From assembly GCA_965225945.1 (NCBI GenBank), contig CBDDBZ010000031.1, positions 128,001 to 192,000 of the forward strand: a stretch of DNA of 64,000 nt, written 5' to 3'. Positions 1 to 10,075 of the stretch are shown piece after piece. Below the pieces are notes generated by a model. The model worked only from the letters and a program-made list of their open reading frames with translations. It did no database searches and was not told the DNA's origin. This DNA is from Alphaproteobacteria bacterium (GTDB taxonomy: Bacteria; Pseudomonadota; Alphaproteobacteria; GCA-2731375). The position numbers and the translations under genes are program-made. The first letter of the stretch is position 1. Each line of letters opens with the position of its first letter.

Positions 1-617
1 ATCTTGTCGATCTCGTGGATCTCCACATAGTCGCGGTCGAGGTCGGTATAGAACAGCGACAGGCCGTCGTGCGGCCGCTTGCAATCCTCCTTGGCCGTGG
101 TGCGGGCGAGCAGCAGGATCTTGTTCGCCGTCTGCGCCGTCGAGGTCCAGAGTTTGCGGCCGTGTGCCACCCAGCCGTTGCCCGAGCGCTCGGCCTTGGT
201 CTCGATGTTGGCGGTGTCGAGCCCGGCGTTGGGCTCGGTCACGCCGAAGCAGGTCCGGTCCTCGCCCTTGATCAGGCGCGGGAGCGTGCGGCGCCGCTGC
301 TCGTCGGAGCCGAACACCACCACCGGCATCGGCCCGAAGATGTTGATGTGGATCGCCGAACAGCCGGAGAGCGCGGCGCCCGAGCGGGCCACCGTCTGCA
401 TCATCACCGCCGCCTCGCTCACGCCCAGGCCGGCGCCGCCGTATTCCTCCGGCATGGCGATGCCGAGCCAGCCGCCCTCGACCATGTCGGCGACGAATTC
501 TTCCGGAAAGCTGCCCTCGGAATCTCGGGCGCGCCAGTATTCCGGCTGGTACTTCCGGCAGATCTTGTCGACGGCGTCGCGGATCGACTCCTGCTCGGGC
601 GTGAAGGCGAAATCCAT
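1..617 (-). CDS. Acyl-CoA dehydrogenase, N-terminal part (runs off window start)
   Basis: Manual translation from ATG at 617: MDFAFTPEQESIRDAVDKIC...GWLGIAMPEEYGGAGLG...CFGVTEPNAGLD, typical ACAD motifs. Not in the ORF track because it is open at the edge. Confidence 0.92.
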   Translation of the reverse strand, partial: MDFAFTPEQESIRDAVDKICRKYQPEYWRARDSEGSFPEEFVADMVEGGWLGIAMPEEYGGAGLGVSEAAVMMQTVARSGAALSGCSAIHINIFGPMPVVVFGSDEQRRRTLPRLIKGEDRTCFGVTEPNAGLDTANIETKAERSGNGWVAHGRKLWTSTAQTANKILLLARTTAKEDCKRPHDGLSLFYTDLDRDYVEIHEIDK

Positions 618-833
618 TTACGGCTTCCTCGCAGCGTATCGAAAAAGGCGACCGGGCGGGGCCAATCTAGCCGATGTTGGCTAAGCGCGCGCAAGATTCC
701 GTTTCGCAAAAATGCCTCGGCGGGAATTCAGCGAGGCTGGCGAGCGCCCCTAGCCCCCGATTTGGAGCGTCACGTCCGGTCCGTCGCGTGCCGACGGCGC
801 CCCCGCGATCACCGCCTCGCCCGTCCCTCGAGC
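540..833. repeat. Copy 1 of a diverged ~290-bp direct repeat (ACAD 5' end plus upstream region); copy 2 at 7301-7589
   Basis: 540-593 is identical to 7301-7354. Similarity continues with substitutions and indels to about 833/7589. Confidence 0.9.
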
Positions 834-1720
834 AGAGCGCGATGATCGAGGATGGCGGCGGCGATGAAGTCGACGAAGGCGCGTACCCGTGCCGTCTTGC
901 GCAGGCCCTGGCGCGACAGCAGCCAAATGCCGCGGTCCGGGATGGGCACCGCGTCCGGAACTCGGACTAGGCCGGACTCCCGATCTCCCAGGAAGCATGG
1001 CAGCATCGCCAGCCCCATGCCGGCTTTCGCCGCCTCGATCTGAAGTGCGTGGCTAGGGAGGTTGTGGCGAACCGGCAGGCTCGGATAGGCGGTGCCTCGC
1101 ACCCAGCTCTGGTCGCCGTCGCCGCCATGCCACCCGATCCAGCTCCGGCCCGCGTCGATCGCGCCGGAGATCGGATCGAGCGCCTTCGCGACCTCGGGAG
1201 CGGCATAGAGCGTCTTGACATATTGCACGAGCCGCCGGCCCAGGACGTCGTCGGTCACCTCATGGGCCATGCGGATCGACACCTCCGCCTCCAGGTGTGT
1301 CAGATCGGAAAACCGGTCCGTCAGGTCGAGGTCGAGATCGATCCCCGGATAGAGACCCGCGAAGCGGCGCAGCTCGGCGGCGAGAAATCCCCGCATGATC
1401 GCGAAGGGCAAACTCACCTTCACCTCGCCGCTGAGGTCGGCGTCACGTCCCGCGATGTTCCGTTGTGCCTCGAAGAGCTCGTCTTCGACCCGTTCCGCCG
1501 AGCGGAGCAGATCGTCGCCTGCCTGGGTCCGGACGAACCCCTCCCGCGTCCGATCGAACAGCTTGGAGCCAAAGCCGGCTTCCAATGCCTTCAACCGGCG
1601 ATTCACCGTCGCGTGGTTGAGGCGCAGCATACGCGCCGCCCCGCGCAGGGAACCCGACCTCGAGAGCGCGAGAAAGACCCGCAGGTCGTCCCAGTCGATG
1701 GATGAAGAACGATCCGACAT
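809..1720 (-). CDS. LysR-family transcriptional regulator
   Basis: MSDRSSSIDWDDLRVFLALSRSGSLRGAARMLRLNHATVNRRLKALE HTH plus substrate-binding domain. Likely start is ATG 1720, not the ORF start at 2041. Confidence 0.95.
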   Translation of the reverse strand: MSDRSSSIDWDDLRVFLALSRSGSLRGAARMLRLNHATVNRRLKALEAGFGSKLFDRTREGFVRTQAGDDLLRSAERVEDELFEAQRNIAGRDADLSGEVKVSLPFAIMRGFLAAELRRFAGLYPGIDLDLDLTDRFSDLTHLEAEVSIRMAHEVTDDVLGRRLVQYVKTLYAAPEVAKALDPISGAIDAGRSWIGWHGGDGDQSWVRGTAYPSLPVRHNLPSHALQIEAAKAGMGLAMLPCFLGDRESGLVRVPDAVPIPDRGIWLLSRQGLRKTARVRAFVDFIAAAILDHRALLEGRARR

Positions 1721-1737
1721 GGTGCGAATTATGCACC
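1721..1737. promoter_or_regulatory. Probable LysR binding site (T-N11-A dyad)
   Basis: GGTGC-gaattat-GCACC dyad directly at the LysR start in the divergent intergenic region. Confidence 0.65.
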
Positions 1738-1798
1738 TTCCGGATCGAAAATGAATAGGCGACAGTAACCACCCGGGTGCGGTGGCGGACCCTGGGAG

Positions 1799-2404
1799 GT
1801 GGCGGAAAACATGATCGACGCGTTCAGCTTTCTGATGGTGCCGGGAATCGGGGGAGCCGATGCGGCGCATTGGCAATCGCTTTGGCGCCACGAATTCGCC
1901 GATGCGCGCATGGTCGAGCAGGTGGATTGGGACCGGCCGGACGTCGAGGCCTGGGTGGCGGTGTTGAATCGCGACATCGAAGGTTGCCGCAAGCCCGTCG
2001 TCGTGTTGGCCCACAGCCTCGGCTGCGCCCTGCTCGCCCATTGGGCGGAGCGGGTCTCGCGCGGCCGCATCGAGACCCCGTCGCCGCCAATCGCGGCGGC
2101 GATGTTGGTGGCGCCTGGCGATGTGGATAGAAAGGTTTCCGAGATCGCGGCCGTCCGCTCATTCGTGCCCTTGCCTCGCCCGCGCTTCTGCTTTCCGAGC
2201 ATCGTCGTCGCGAGCACGAACGATCCCTACGTAGCCGCCGAGCGCGCCGAGGAGTTCGCCCGCGGTTGGGGCAGCGAATTCGTCTGCGTCGGGGCGATGG
2301 GCCACATCTCGCTCGACGCGGGCTGCGGCTCTTGGCCGAGGGGGATGGAGATCCTGACGGACTTTCTCCAGCGGCAAGGGGCGTCCCGGTGGCAGTCGGC
2401 CTAA
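1799..2404 (+). CDS. RBBP9/YdeN-family alpha/beta hydrolase
   Basis: VPGIGG..HWQ, AHSLG nucleophile elbow, ASTNDPY, GHI motifs. GGAGG RBS. Confidence 0.9.
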   Translation: MAENMIDAFSFLMVPGIGGADAAHWQSLWRHEFADARMVEQVDWDRPDVEAWVAVLNRDIEGCRKPVVVLAHSLGCALLAHWAERVSRGRIETPSPPIAAAMLVAPGDVDRKVSEIAAVRSFVPLPRPRFCFPSIVVASTNDPYVAAERAEEFARGWGSEFVCVGAMGHISLDAGCGSWPRGMEILTDFLQRQGASRWQSA

Positions 2405-2432
2405 TCGGCGGCACATCCGGGAGTTATCCGCC

Positions 2433-3416
2433 ATGGCGCAAAAACCACCGATACATGGCTCCATTCTCGAACGGATCGGCGGCACGCCGCTGGTCCGGTT
2501 GCACGAGCTGGTCCCCCGCGACAGCGCGCGCATCGTGGTCAAGATCGAGAGCGAGAACCCGACTGGCAGCATGAAGGACCGCATGGCGCTCGCCATGATC
2601 GAGGCGGTGGAGCGCGACGGCCGACTGCGGCCCGGCGGAAATATCGTCGAATATAGCGGCGGCAGCACCGGGGTTTCGTTGGCCCTGGTCGGTGGCGTCA
2701 AGCGATACGCTGTCCACATCGCGACCTCGGATGCGTTCAGTATCGAGAAGCGGGACCATATGCGGGCGCTCGGCGCCGAGCTGACCCTGGTGGAGAGCGT
2801 CGATGGCGGGATAGACGAGGCGCTGACCCGCGACATGATCGAAGCGGCGCGCCGGATCCGGGAGCGGACGGGCGGCTTCTGGACGGATCAACTCAACAAC
2901 GCGGACCAGCTCGGCGCTTACCGGAAAATGGGCGAGGAGATCTGGCAACAGACCGAGGGCAAACTCGACGCCTTCGTACAGAGCGTCGGAACGGCGGGAT
3001 CCGTGCGCGGCGTGGCCGAGCACTTGCACCGGAAGAACCCGGAGATCCACGTCGTGGCGGTCGAGCCGAGCGAATCCGCCGTGCTGTCCGGGCGAAAGAC
3101 GGGTATCCACGAGATCGAGGGCATCGGCGCCGGCTTCGTCGTGCCGTTGTGGGACCCGAGCGCCATCGACGAGGTCGCGACCGTCTCGAGCGCGGAGGCC
3201 AAGGCGATGGCCCGGCGGCTGGCCCGCGAAGAAGGGCTATTCGCGGGGACTTCGACCGGGGGCAATGTCTCCGTCGCCTTGAAGGTGGCCGAGCGGCTGG
3301 GGCCAGAGGCGACCGTCGTCACGCTGATGTGCGATTCCGGCATCAAGTATTTGAGCACGGATCTCTACGGAAACGGCTTGCGGGATGGGCGGGGCGCCTT
3401 GGAGGCGTTGGCTTAG
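2433..3416 (+). CDS. PLP-dependent cysteine synthase family protein
   Basis: IGGTPLVRL, ENPTGSMKDR (PLP lysine), VGTAGS, IEGIG, GTSTG, CDSGIKYLST. Confidence 0.92.
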   Translation: MAQKPPIHGSILERIGGTPLVRLHELVPRDSARIVVKIESENPTGSMKDRMALAMIEAVERDGRLRPGGNIVEYSGGSTGVSLALVGGVKRYAVHIATSDAFSIEKRDHMRALGAELTLVESVDGGIDEALTRDMIEAARRIRERTGGFWTDQLNNADQLGAYRKMGEEIWQQTEGKLDAFVQSVGTAGSVRGVAEHLHRKNPEIHVVAVEPSESAVLSGRKTGIHEIEGIGAGFVVPLWDPSAIDEVATVSSAEAKAMARRLAREEGLFAGTSTGGNVSVALKVAERLGPEATVVTLMCDSGIKYLSTDLYGNGLRDGRGALEALA

Positions 3417-3426
3417 AGCATTCCAA

Positions 3427-4587
3427 TCATTCCGAGCCGGTTGCCCTCACCACCCGGTTCCTGCCGCCACGCTTTGCCGCATACATCGCCTTGTCCACCT
3501 GCTCCATGATCGCGTCCAACGGCTGGTCCGGCGCGCAGTCGGCGACGCCGATGCTAACCGTAAATCTGATATGGCCGCCGGTGATTGGAAGCTCCACCGC
3601 CGCCAAGGCTTCCCGCAAGCGTTCGGCCACTCGCTCCGCCATCTCAACGGGACATTCCGGCAAGAGGGCCAAAAACTCCTCGCCTCCCACGCGGCCCAAT
3701 ATATCGTGCCCACGAAGCGTCGCCTCACAGCTACCAACGACATGCTTCAACACCTCGTCTCCAACCGCATGACCGTGTCTGTCGTTGATGCGTTTGAAGT
3801 GATCAATGTCGAACATCAAGATGGATAGTGGCCGCTCATGGCGTCGGGACCGCTTAATCTCTCGGCCCGCAAGATCAAGAAATCCCCGACGATTGTTGGC
3901 GCCCGTAAGGGAATCGATCGAGGCCAATCGCCGTAATTCGTCTTCTGCCTCTTTGCGGCGAACAATCTCGCGCATGAGGTCCTTCGAACGCTCCTCTACC
4001 GCGGTTTCTAGTTCTTGCGTGCGATTAGTGACATATTCCTCCATTGATTTAAAGATGCCCGCAAAGTGACTTATCTCGTCTTTCTGTGTTTTTATGTCAG
4101 CGAAGATGGTCGGGTCAAACCTATCCTCGATCAACGCCTGGGCCGAAAATGATAGATAAGCAAGTGGAATTGTTCGCGATTGGACTCGCCTGGCAAGTAA
4201 CCTGATTATAGCGAGCAGGCAATCTCTATCGGATTCGATTACCTGCCAGAATGCATCGCGAGGAATTCGAAGTGCTCGGACCTTTGATGTTGCAATTATG
4301 TCCGCGGTATGCGGTACATCACAAAACAACGAAATTTCCCCCAATAATGTGCCGGCTCCTAGTTGAGCCACCTCGACCGCGTTGCCACTCACTTCCACAA
4401 CCACTGAAACCGAGCCCTCTTGGATGAGGAATATCGACGTGCCCGCTTTGCCTTGGCGAATGAGATACGATGCAGCGGCGAAATCGCAGACCTCACCGTG
4501 CTCGAGGAGCGTCCCGACGATGTCTGGCCTTAGATCCAAAAATAGCGGATTGGTACGAAGATCCTCCAAATCCTTCTCCCCATCCAT
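3427..4587 (-). CDS. cNMP-binding domain diguanylate cyclase
   Basis: N-terminal cNMP domain (LIRQG...LLGEISL...HTADIIA), coiled coil, DIDHFKRIND and GGEEF. Lower GC than flanks. Confidence 0.9.
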   Translation of the reverse strand: MDGEKDLEDLRTNPLFLDLRPDIVGTLLEHGEVCDFAAASYLIRQGKAGTSIFLIQEGSVSVVVEVSGNAVEVAQLGAGTLLGEISLFCDVPHTADIIATSKVRALRIPRDAFWQVIESDRDCLLAIIRLLARRVQSRTIPLAYLSFSAQALIEDRFDPTIFADIKTQKDEISHFAGIFKSMEEYVTNRTQELETAVEERSKDLMREIVRRKEAEDELRRLASIDSLTGANNRRGFLDLAGREIKRSRRHERPLSILMFDIDHFKRINDRHGHAVGDEVLKHVVGSCEATLRGHDILGRVGGEEFLALLPECPVEMAERVAERLREALAAVELPITGGHIRFTVSIGVADCAPDQPLDAIMEQVDKAMYAAKRGGRNRVVRATGSE

Positions 4588-4606
4588 GTGACCGTGACCC
4601 GTGCTA

Positions 4607-5879
4607 GTGTCCGGGCGACGAACACGCCGAAGACCAAGACGCAAAGGCTCTCCAGACGGCTCTTGCGAAAGGCCTCACGCAGGGCGTTGATCGGGTTGTC
4701 TCGATGATTTCGATAAATTTATATGATTATGTCTCTATTTGTTTTCAGGAGGCGCGATTGATGGCGAGAGTGGCGGTGACGATCTCTTTGAGCGATGACG
4801 AGCGCGCCGAATTGGAGGCGCTGTCTCGTCGTCGCAAGACGTCGCAGGGGCTTGCGCGGCGGGCTCGGATCGTCTTGGCGGCGGCGGAAGGGTTGGAGAA
4901 CAAGGAGATCGCCGTTCGTCTCGAGGCGAGCGCGGACACCGTGGGCAAGTGGCGTCGCCGCTATGCGGCGGAGGGCCTCGACGGTCTGTACGACGAACCC
5001 CGCCCCGGCGCGCCGCGTCAAATCGGCGATGACGCCATCGCGGAAGCGGTCCGGCTGACGCTGGAAGAGACGCCGCCGGACGCGACCCATTGGAGCCTTC
5101 GCTCGATGGCGCGGGCGAGCGGCCACGCGCCCTCGACCATTCATCGCATCTGGCGGGCCTTCGGCTTGCAGCCGCATCGCTCGGAGACCTTCAAGCTGTC
5201 GAGCGATCCCTTCTTCGTGGAGAAGGTCCGCGACATCGTCGGTCTGTATTTGGCGCCGCCGGATCGTGCCCTGGTTCTCTGTGTCGACGAAAAGAGCCAG
5301 ATCCAGGCCTTGGACCGTTCCCAGCCCCTCTTGCCGATGCGCCCCGGGCAGGCGGAGCGGCGCAGCCACGACTACAAGCGCCACGGCACGACCTCTCTCT
5401 TCGCGGCCCTCGACATCGCCACGGGAGAGATCATCGGCAAATGTTTCCCGCGCCATCGGGCCCGAGAGTTCCGCAAATTCCTCGACCTCGTCGAGGCGAA
5501 CGTCCCTGCTGATCTCGACATCCACATCGTCATGGACAACTACGGGACCCACAAGACCAAGGCGATCCGCGACTGGTTCGCCAAACGGCCGCGCTGGCAG
5601 GCCCATTTCACACCCACCAGCGCCTCCTGGCTGAACCAGGTCGAGCGCTGGTTCGGGCTGCTGACCGACAAGCAGATCAGGCGCGGCGTCCATCGCTCCA
5701 CCAAGGAGCTGGAGCGCACCATCCTCGACTACATCGACACGACAAACCAGAACCCCAAACTCTTCAAATGGACCAAATCCGCCGATGACATCCTCGGCGC
5801 CATCCAGCGGTTCTGCCTCCGAACAATCGAAACCGCTGAACAGCAGGCGAAAATCATGCGAACTTCGGAATCGGGACAC
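4607..5879 (+). mobile_element. IS630-family element with TA duplication; left IR interrupted by a foreign fragment
   Basis: TA|GTGTCC...GGGACAC|TA. The right IR reverse complement (gtgtcccgattccgaagttcgcatgat) matches the left end only if about 4613-4705 is removed. Confidence 0.9.
4609..4711. repeat. Fragment copied from the 5' region of the IS4-family transposase (53486-53607)
   Basis: 4609-4673 is identical to 53486-53550. After an 18-bp gap, 4674-4711 matches 53569-53607 with a 1-bp deletion. Confidence 0.95.
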
Positions 5880-5882
5880 TAG
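4761..5882 (+). CDS. IS630-family transposase
   Basis: [40 protein letters not shown] motifs. AGGAGG RBS. Confidence 0.95.
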   Translation: MARVAVTISLSDDERAELEALSRRRKTSQGLARRARIVLAAAEGLENKEIAVRLEASADTVGKWRRRYAAEGLDGLYDEPRPGAPRQIGDDAIAEAVRLTLEETPPDATHWSLRSMARASGHAPSTIHRIWRAFGLQPHRSETFKLSSDPFFVEKVRDIVGLYLAPPDRALVLCVDEKSQIQALDRSQPLLPMRPGQAERRSHDYKRHGTTSLFAALDIATGEIIGKCFPRHRAREFRKFLDLVEANVPADLDIHIVMDNYGTHKTKAIRDWFAKRPRWQAHFTPTSASWLNQVERWFGLLTDKQIRRGVHRSTKELERTILDYIDTTNQNPKLFKWTKSADDILGAIQRFCLRTIETAEQQAKIMRTSESGH

Positions 5883-5886
5883 ATAG

Positions 5887-6989
5887 CGTCCCTATCCGGT
5901 TAAGGCAGGCAGCGCTCCCTGCGATTGTATACCGTCGACCAGTTCCCTTTAGGTGATGGTCGGTCGGGTCATGGCGCGGTGCAACACGAAATCGGCAAGG
6001 TCGAAGATGCGTTTGCGCCGGTTGAAGCGGTAGTTCCATTCCCGGACGTAGCGCGGCAAATGCTTGGCGCTCACCCCGTGGTAGGTTCCGTTGAGCCACG
6101 TCTTCACGTTGGAAAACAGGACATGGACGACCGGCATGAGCTGCTCGGCGTTCTTGCCTTGGCCTTGAACGACGGGCTGGTGGCGATAAGTATCGCCAAG
6201 CTTGGCGTAACTCTTGAAAGCGTCGCTGTCGAGGCGGCTTCCCGGCTTCACCGAGGCGCGCACGAAGTCGCCCAACTCACGGGCGGTGGCCTCGGGCAGG
6301 ATGGCGAGCCGCGCGGCGCCGGCGGCGAAGCCGCTCCCCTTGATGCCCTTGCCCGACCCGACCGGCCACTTCTTGACCGCCATCACCAACAGGCTCTTGT
6401 TCGGGTTGGAAAGCCCGCGCCCCCGGCTCTCCGGCTTGCCCCGCCCGCCGTAATAGCTCTCGTCGACCTCGACCAAGCCCTCCAGCGGGAACTCCGGGCG
6501 CTCCGTCAGGGCATGGCGCAGCTTGTGGGCCATCAGCCAGGCGGTGTCGTAGCGCAGGCTCAACTCTCGCGACAGAAACAGCGCCGAGACCCCGCGCTTG
6601 TCGCGCCCCATCCACCACGCCGCCAGGAACCATTTGCGCAACGGTGTGCGGGTGCGGTGGAAGACCGTGCCCGCGGTCACCGATTCCTGATGGCCGCAAC
6701 CGGCGCATTCGATGCTGCCCGGCGGTTGGCTGTTTCCAGACCCGCGGCCGCGTCTTCAATTGGTAGTTCCGCCTCTCGCCGCAACGCGCGCAGACGTAGC
6801 CTTGCGGCCAGCGCAGCCGAGCCAGCGCCTCGATGCAGTCCGCCTCCGATCCATGGCGTTCGAGGAACTCCAATATCCCGCTCATCGAATAGTCCTCCAA
6901 AAGCTCCAGCCGATGCGATCAGCCTACACCTCTATGGAGAACATATCAAGAACATTCGGAGCCCATCCTGCTTTAACCAGATAGGGACG
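5887..6989 (-). mobile_element. IS1595-family element (defective), 8-bp TSD CTAGATAG
   Basis: IRs cgtccctatccggttaaggcagg / cctgctttaaccagatagggacg. TSD at 5879-5886 and 6990-6997 overlaps the IS630 right end. Confidence 0.9.
5949..6885 (-). pseudogene. IS1595-family transposase pseudogene
   Basis: Zn ribbon (CARCG), VEVDESYYGG, SDAFKSY, YHGVSAKHLPRY. A 25-bp insertion at about 6713-6737 shifts the frame, and there is a premature TAA at 5949-5951. Confidence 0.88.
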
Positions 6990-7128
6990 CTAGATAGATA
7001 TTCGGCCCAGGTCTCCGCGAAACTGAATATACGCTGTTTGGATCGAGATTTCCCAATTCAGACGTCCCGGTGTCGAGGCCGGCCCCAGCCCGCCGCCAGG
7101 GCGGCTCATGGACCGGCGAAGTTGCTCG

Positions 7129-7300
7129 GGAGCCATGACCGAAAGTTGGCGATGGCCTGATCAGGCGGCGTTTTGGATTTTCCTGATTCCGTCCTCGAAC
7201 CTCACGCCTCGGACGACTTCGGCGAGCTGATTGGATCCATTGAGTCTGCGCCATTTCTCACGCGCTCGAGAGCAGCTTGAAGACCATGGCGAGCGCCGTC
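7129..7300 (-). pseudogene. IS256-family transposase 3' remnant with terminal sequence
   Basis: AMVFKLLSSA*EKWRRLNGSNQLAEVVRGVRFEDGIRKIQNAA* resembles IS256 C-termini. Confidence 0.75.
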
Positions 7301-7589
7301 TTCCGGCTGGTACTTCCGGCAGATCTTGTCGACGGCGTCGCGGATCGACTCCTGTTCGGGCGTGACAGCGAAATCCATCTACGGGCTTCCTCGAGCCAGG
7401 TCGGAAAAGGCAACCGGGCGGGGCCAATCTAGCCGATGTCGGGTGGGGGCGCGCAAGCTTCCGCTTCGCTGCGGGCGTCGGCGCGTCTTCCGGGAGGCCG
7501 GCCACCGCCCCGAGCCCATTCAGAGCCTCCCGTCCGGTCCGTCGAGTGCCGACGGCGTCCCCGCGATCACCGCCTCACCCGTCTCGAGC
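7301..7589. repeat. Copy 2 of ACAD 5' end/promoter duplication (orphan start MDFAVTPEQESIRDAVDKICRKYQPE)
   Basis: Aligns with 540-833. Confidence 0.9.
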
Positions 7590-7913
7590 GGCATACGCAA
7601 ATTCACGTTACTGGTGAGCCGGGGGGCGCCAGTGACGGCCTCGGAGAGGCGCGGTCGTCGTGCGCGGCGAGACGCCATAGACGATGGACGACACCCTCTG
7701 GGAGCGTCCCCTGGCCGCTCCGAGCGAGCGTGATCGCGTTACGGCCGCCTTCCGTAGGCTATCGAGTATGCTCTTCCAAGGGGTTTCGTGCATGCCAACG
7801 TAAAGGCTGCGAAGGAAGCTGATTGGAAGCGCCGGTTGGAGCTGCAGGGGATTTTGCTGTCACCTTGCGCTCGCTATGCTATGATGACGGATCATGGTGA
7901 GCCCTGGCGAACA

Positions 7914-8375
7914 ATGATTATCAACTGGTACTCGACGCATATCGACCTGGGCAATCTTTCGCAGCGCCTGAGGACTGCCTATGCGTTGTGGGTATCTGTA
8001 ATCGACCCAGGAAATTTACCAAGCCTAAAGCAGATCCAATCCTCGAGCTTCTATGAAGACTTATCGCCCTATATTGCGTTGACCGAGAATCAGGGAGACG
8101 CCGAACTCCCGAAATTGGTCCGTTTGACGGCTGGGTCGAAGGTCGTCGAGCTCTTTGGAGCAGACTTGGCAGCACGGCGGCTCGACGAAGTGTTGACGGA
8201 ATCCGGTCAATTATTGGCCGAAGAAATATTTGACGAACTGCGCAACCAACGCAAACCGGTACATTTCAGCGTCTCGGGCTCTCCTAATATTAGCAAAGAC
8301 GTGGAAGCGATCGTGATGCCGCTGCTGCACGATGATGCGGCTATGGAACTGGCCTTGTTCGTGTACGATGTTTGA
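7914..8375 (+). CDS. PAS-like (PAS_5/DUF1457-type) small protein
   Basis: LRTAYALW...LPSLKQI...LSPYIAL...AGSKVVELFGADL...EAIVMPL pattern typical of standalone alphaproteobacterial PAS proteins. Confidence 0.65.
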   Translation: MIINWYSTHIDLGNLSQRLRTAYALWVSVIDPGNLPSLKQIQSSSFYEDLSPYIALTENQGDAELPKLVRLTAGSKVVELFGADLAARRLDEVLTESGQLLAEEIFDELRNQRKPVHFSVSGSPNISKDVEAIVMPLLHDDAAMELALFVYDV

Positions 8376-8753
8376 AGCGAGGAACGCTACGATCCGGGAG
8401 GCGCGCCGATAATTATCGACAAACAGCCCGAAGCCTTGGCGATCAGCAAGGCGTACAAGATCTGACAGACTCGAAGCTCACGCTACGGTCATGCACGCGC
8501 CGAGTTTCGGGGCTAAATTCGCCGTCAGGGTGATAGGGTCAGATTGGTCATTTGTAGCCAATAGTTTCCGTTCAATACTTTTAATGAACTGCGCCGTTTC
8601 GACCGCTTGAGATCACGGTTCCTGCTGTGTGCGAGCTTCGATAGACTTGCGTCATGTCAGAACGGACACAGCGCAGACGGGCAGCCATTGTGGCCGCGGC
8701 GATGTCCCGCCCAATGTTGAAAAGTGCGAGATAGGCATCGTCTGATCGAGAGG

Positions 8754-10052
8754 CTACGCGGCCACCTCGATGTCTTCAATGACGGACTTTGCTCCGGCCT
8801 TTCTCACCGCCTCCCGCAGGGCGGCGTCAAGGACGGGGAGCTGGCGGTAGGCCTTGAGGCGGCGGAAGGTCTTTTGCGCCTCCAAGAGGCCGGCGGCGGT
8901 CCAACGCAGCGCCATCTCGGCGTTGCGCCAGCGCTTGACGTTCCGCTGCACCGTCCGGACGGTGCCGATCGCGTTCTCGATGGCGTTGGTGCAAGCCAGC
9001 GAGTGTCGAAGTTGCGGCGGGAGGCCGAGCCGGATCACGGTCAGGATCTCGTCCAGGCCCTCCAGGATCGAGCCCGAGACGCCGGGTGCGTCATGCTCCA
9101 GACGGCGGGCGAGGTTGCGCAAGAGCCGTTCGGCCTTGGCCGCGTCGTCCTGCTGCCAGGCCTGCCGCAAGACCTTCCTGACGCCGGCATGGAGGCTCTC
9201 GTCCAGCCGGTCCGTGATGTTGCGCCCCTTGTGCACCTGGCAGCGCTGGAGGGCCGCCGCCCGCCCGAAGGTCCGCCGGATCGCCTTCGAGAGCGCCTTG
9301 GCGCCGTCGACGATGTAGAGCCGAGGCCGTTCGGGATCGAGACCGCGCTCGATCAGGTTGTCGAGCATGGCTTGCACCGTGGCCGCGTTCTCCGTCGCGC
9401 CCTCGGCCAGGTCCAGCACGTGCTTCGCGCCGCCGGTGTCGATGCCGATCGCCGCCACCATCAGGTGATCGCCGACATGGAGCCCGTCGATCTGGAGCAC
9501 CACGAGATCGAGATCGTCGAGCGGGCTCGCCAGCCAGGCCTTCAGCTTGCTTCGCGTCAACGCCACGAAACGGCGCGAGACCGCCGACTTCGAGGTTGCG
9601 TCACCCGATGCCGCCGGCAGATCGCCGCCCGCATCGTCCGGCAGGCGCACCGCGCGGGCATACTTGCGGGTCGAGACGTTGATCACCATCAGATTCATCG
9701 CCCAGGCTTGCAAGAGTTCGGGTTCCGACAGCAGCTCCCAACTCGGCAGGCTCATCTCCCGACCCGCGAAGTCCCGCACCCGAGGGCGCTCGACCTTCAC
9801 TTTGCCGCCGTGGTAGGCGATCTCGCTCCGGGTCGTGCCCCATCGATGGCCCTTGCGCTCGCCCGAGCGGGCGTGGCGCGAACCGCACAAGGCTTCCGCG
9901 TCCGCCGACATCATCTCGTTCAAAGACTCGAGGCCCGCCAAAAGGCAGAAGCGATCGACGCTCATGCGCAGATCGTCGAAGGCCTCCGGCATCGATGGCA
10001 AGAGCCGACAGGATGGTTCCGAGGAACGGTCGTTGCGTGTAGTCTTGGTCAT
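8754..10052 (-). CDS. IS256-family transposase
   Basis: LQIDG, YIVDGAKAL, QRCQVHK, CTNAIEN. Differs from copy 2 by one residue (D/G). Confidence 0.95.
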   Translation of the reverse strand: MTKTTRNDRSSEPSCRLLPSMPEAFDDLRMSVDRFCLLAGLESLNEMMSADAEALCGSRHARSGERKGHRWGTTRSEIAYHGGKVKVERPRVRDFAGREMSLPSWELLSEPELLQAWAMNLMVINVSTRKYARAVRLPDDAGGDLPAASGDATSKSAVSRRFVALTRSKLKAWLASPLDDLDLVVLQIDGLHVGDHLMVAAIGIDTGGAKHVLDLAEGATENAATVQAMLDNLIERGLDPERPRLYIVDGAKALSKAIRRTFGRAAALQRCQVHKGRNITDRLDESLHAGVRKVLRQAWQQDDAAKAERLLRNLARRLEHDAPGVSGSILEGLDEILTVIRLGLPPQLRHSLACTNAIENAIGTVRTVQRNVKRWRNAEMALRWTAAGLLEAQKTFRRLKAYRQLPVLDAALREAVRKAGAKSVIEDIEVAA

Positions 10053-10075
10053 GGCGTCGTTCTCCTTGATGGAAT

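Noticed and set aside
6700-6740. Programmed frameshift in the IS1595 transposase
   Set aside because: No slippery sequence. A discrete 25-bp insertion splits the Zn ribbon.
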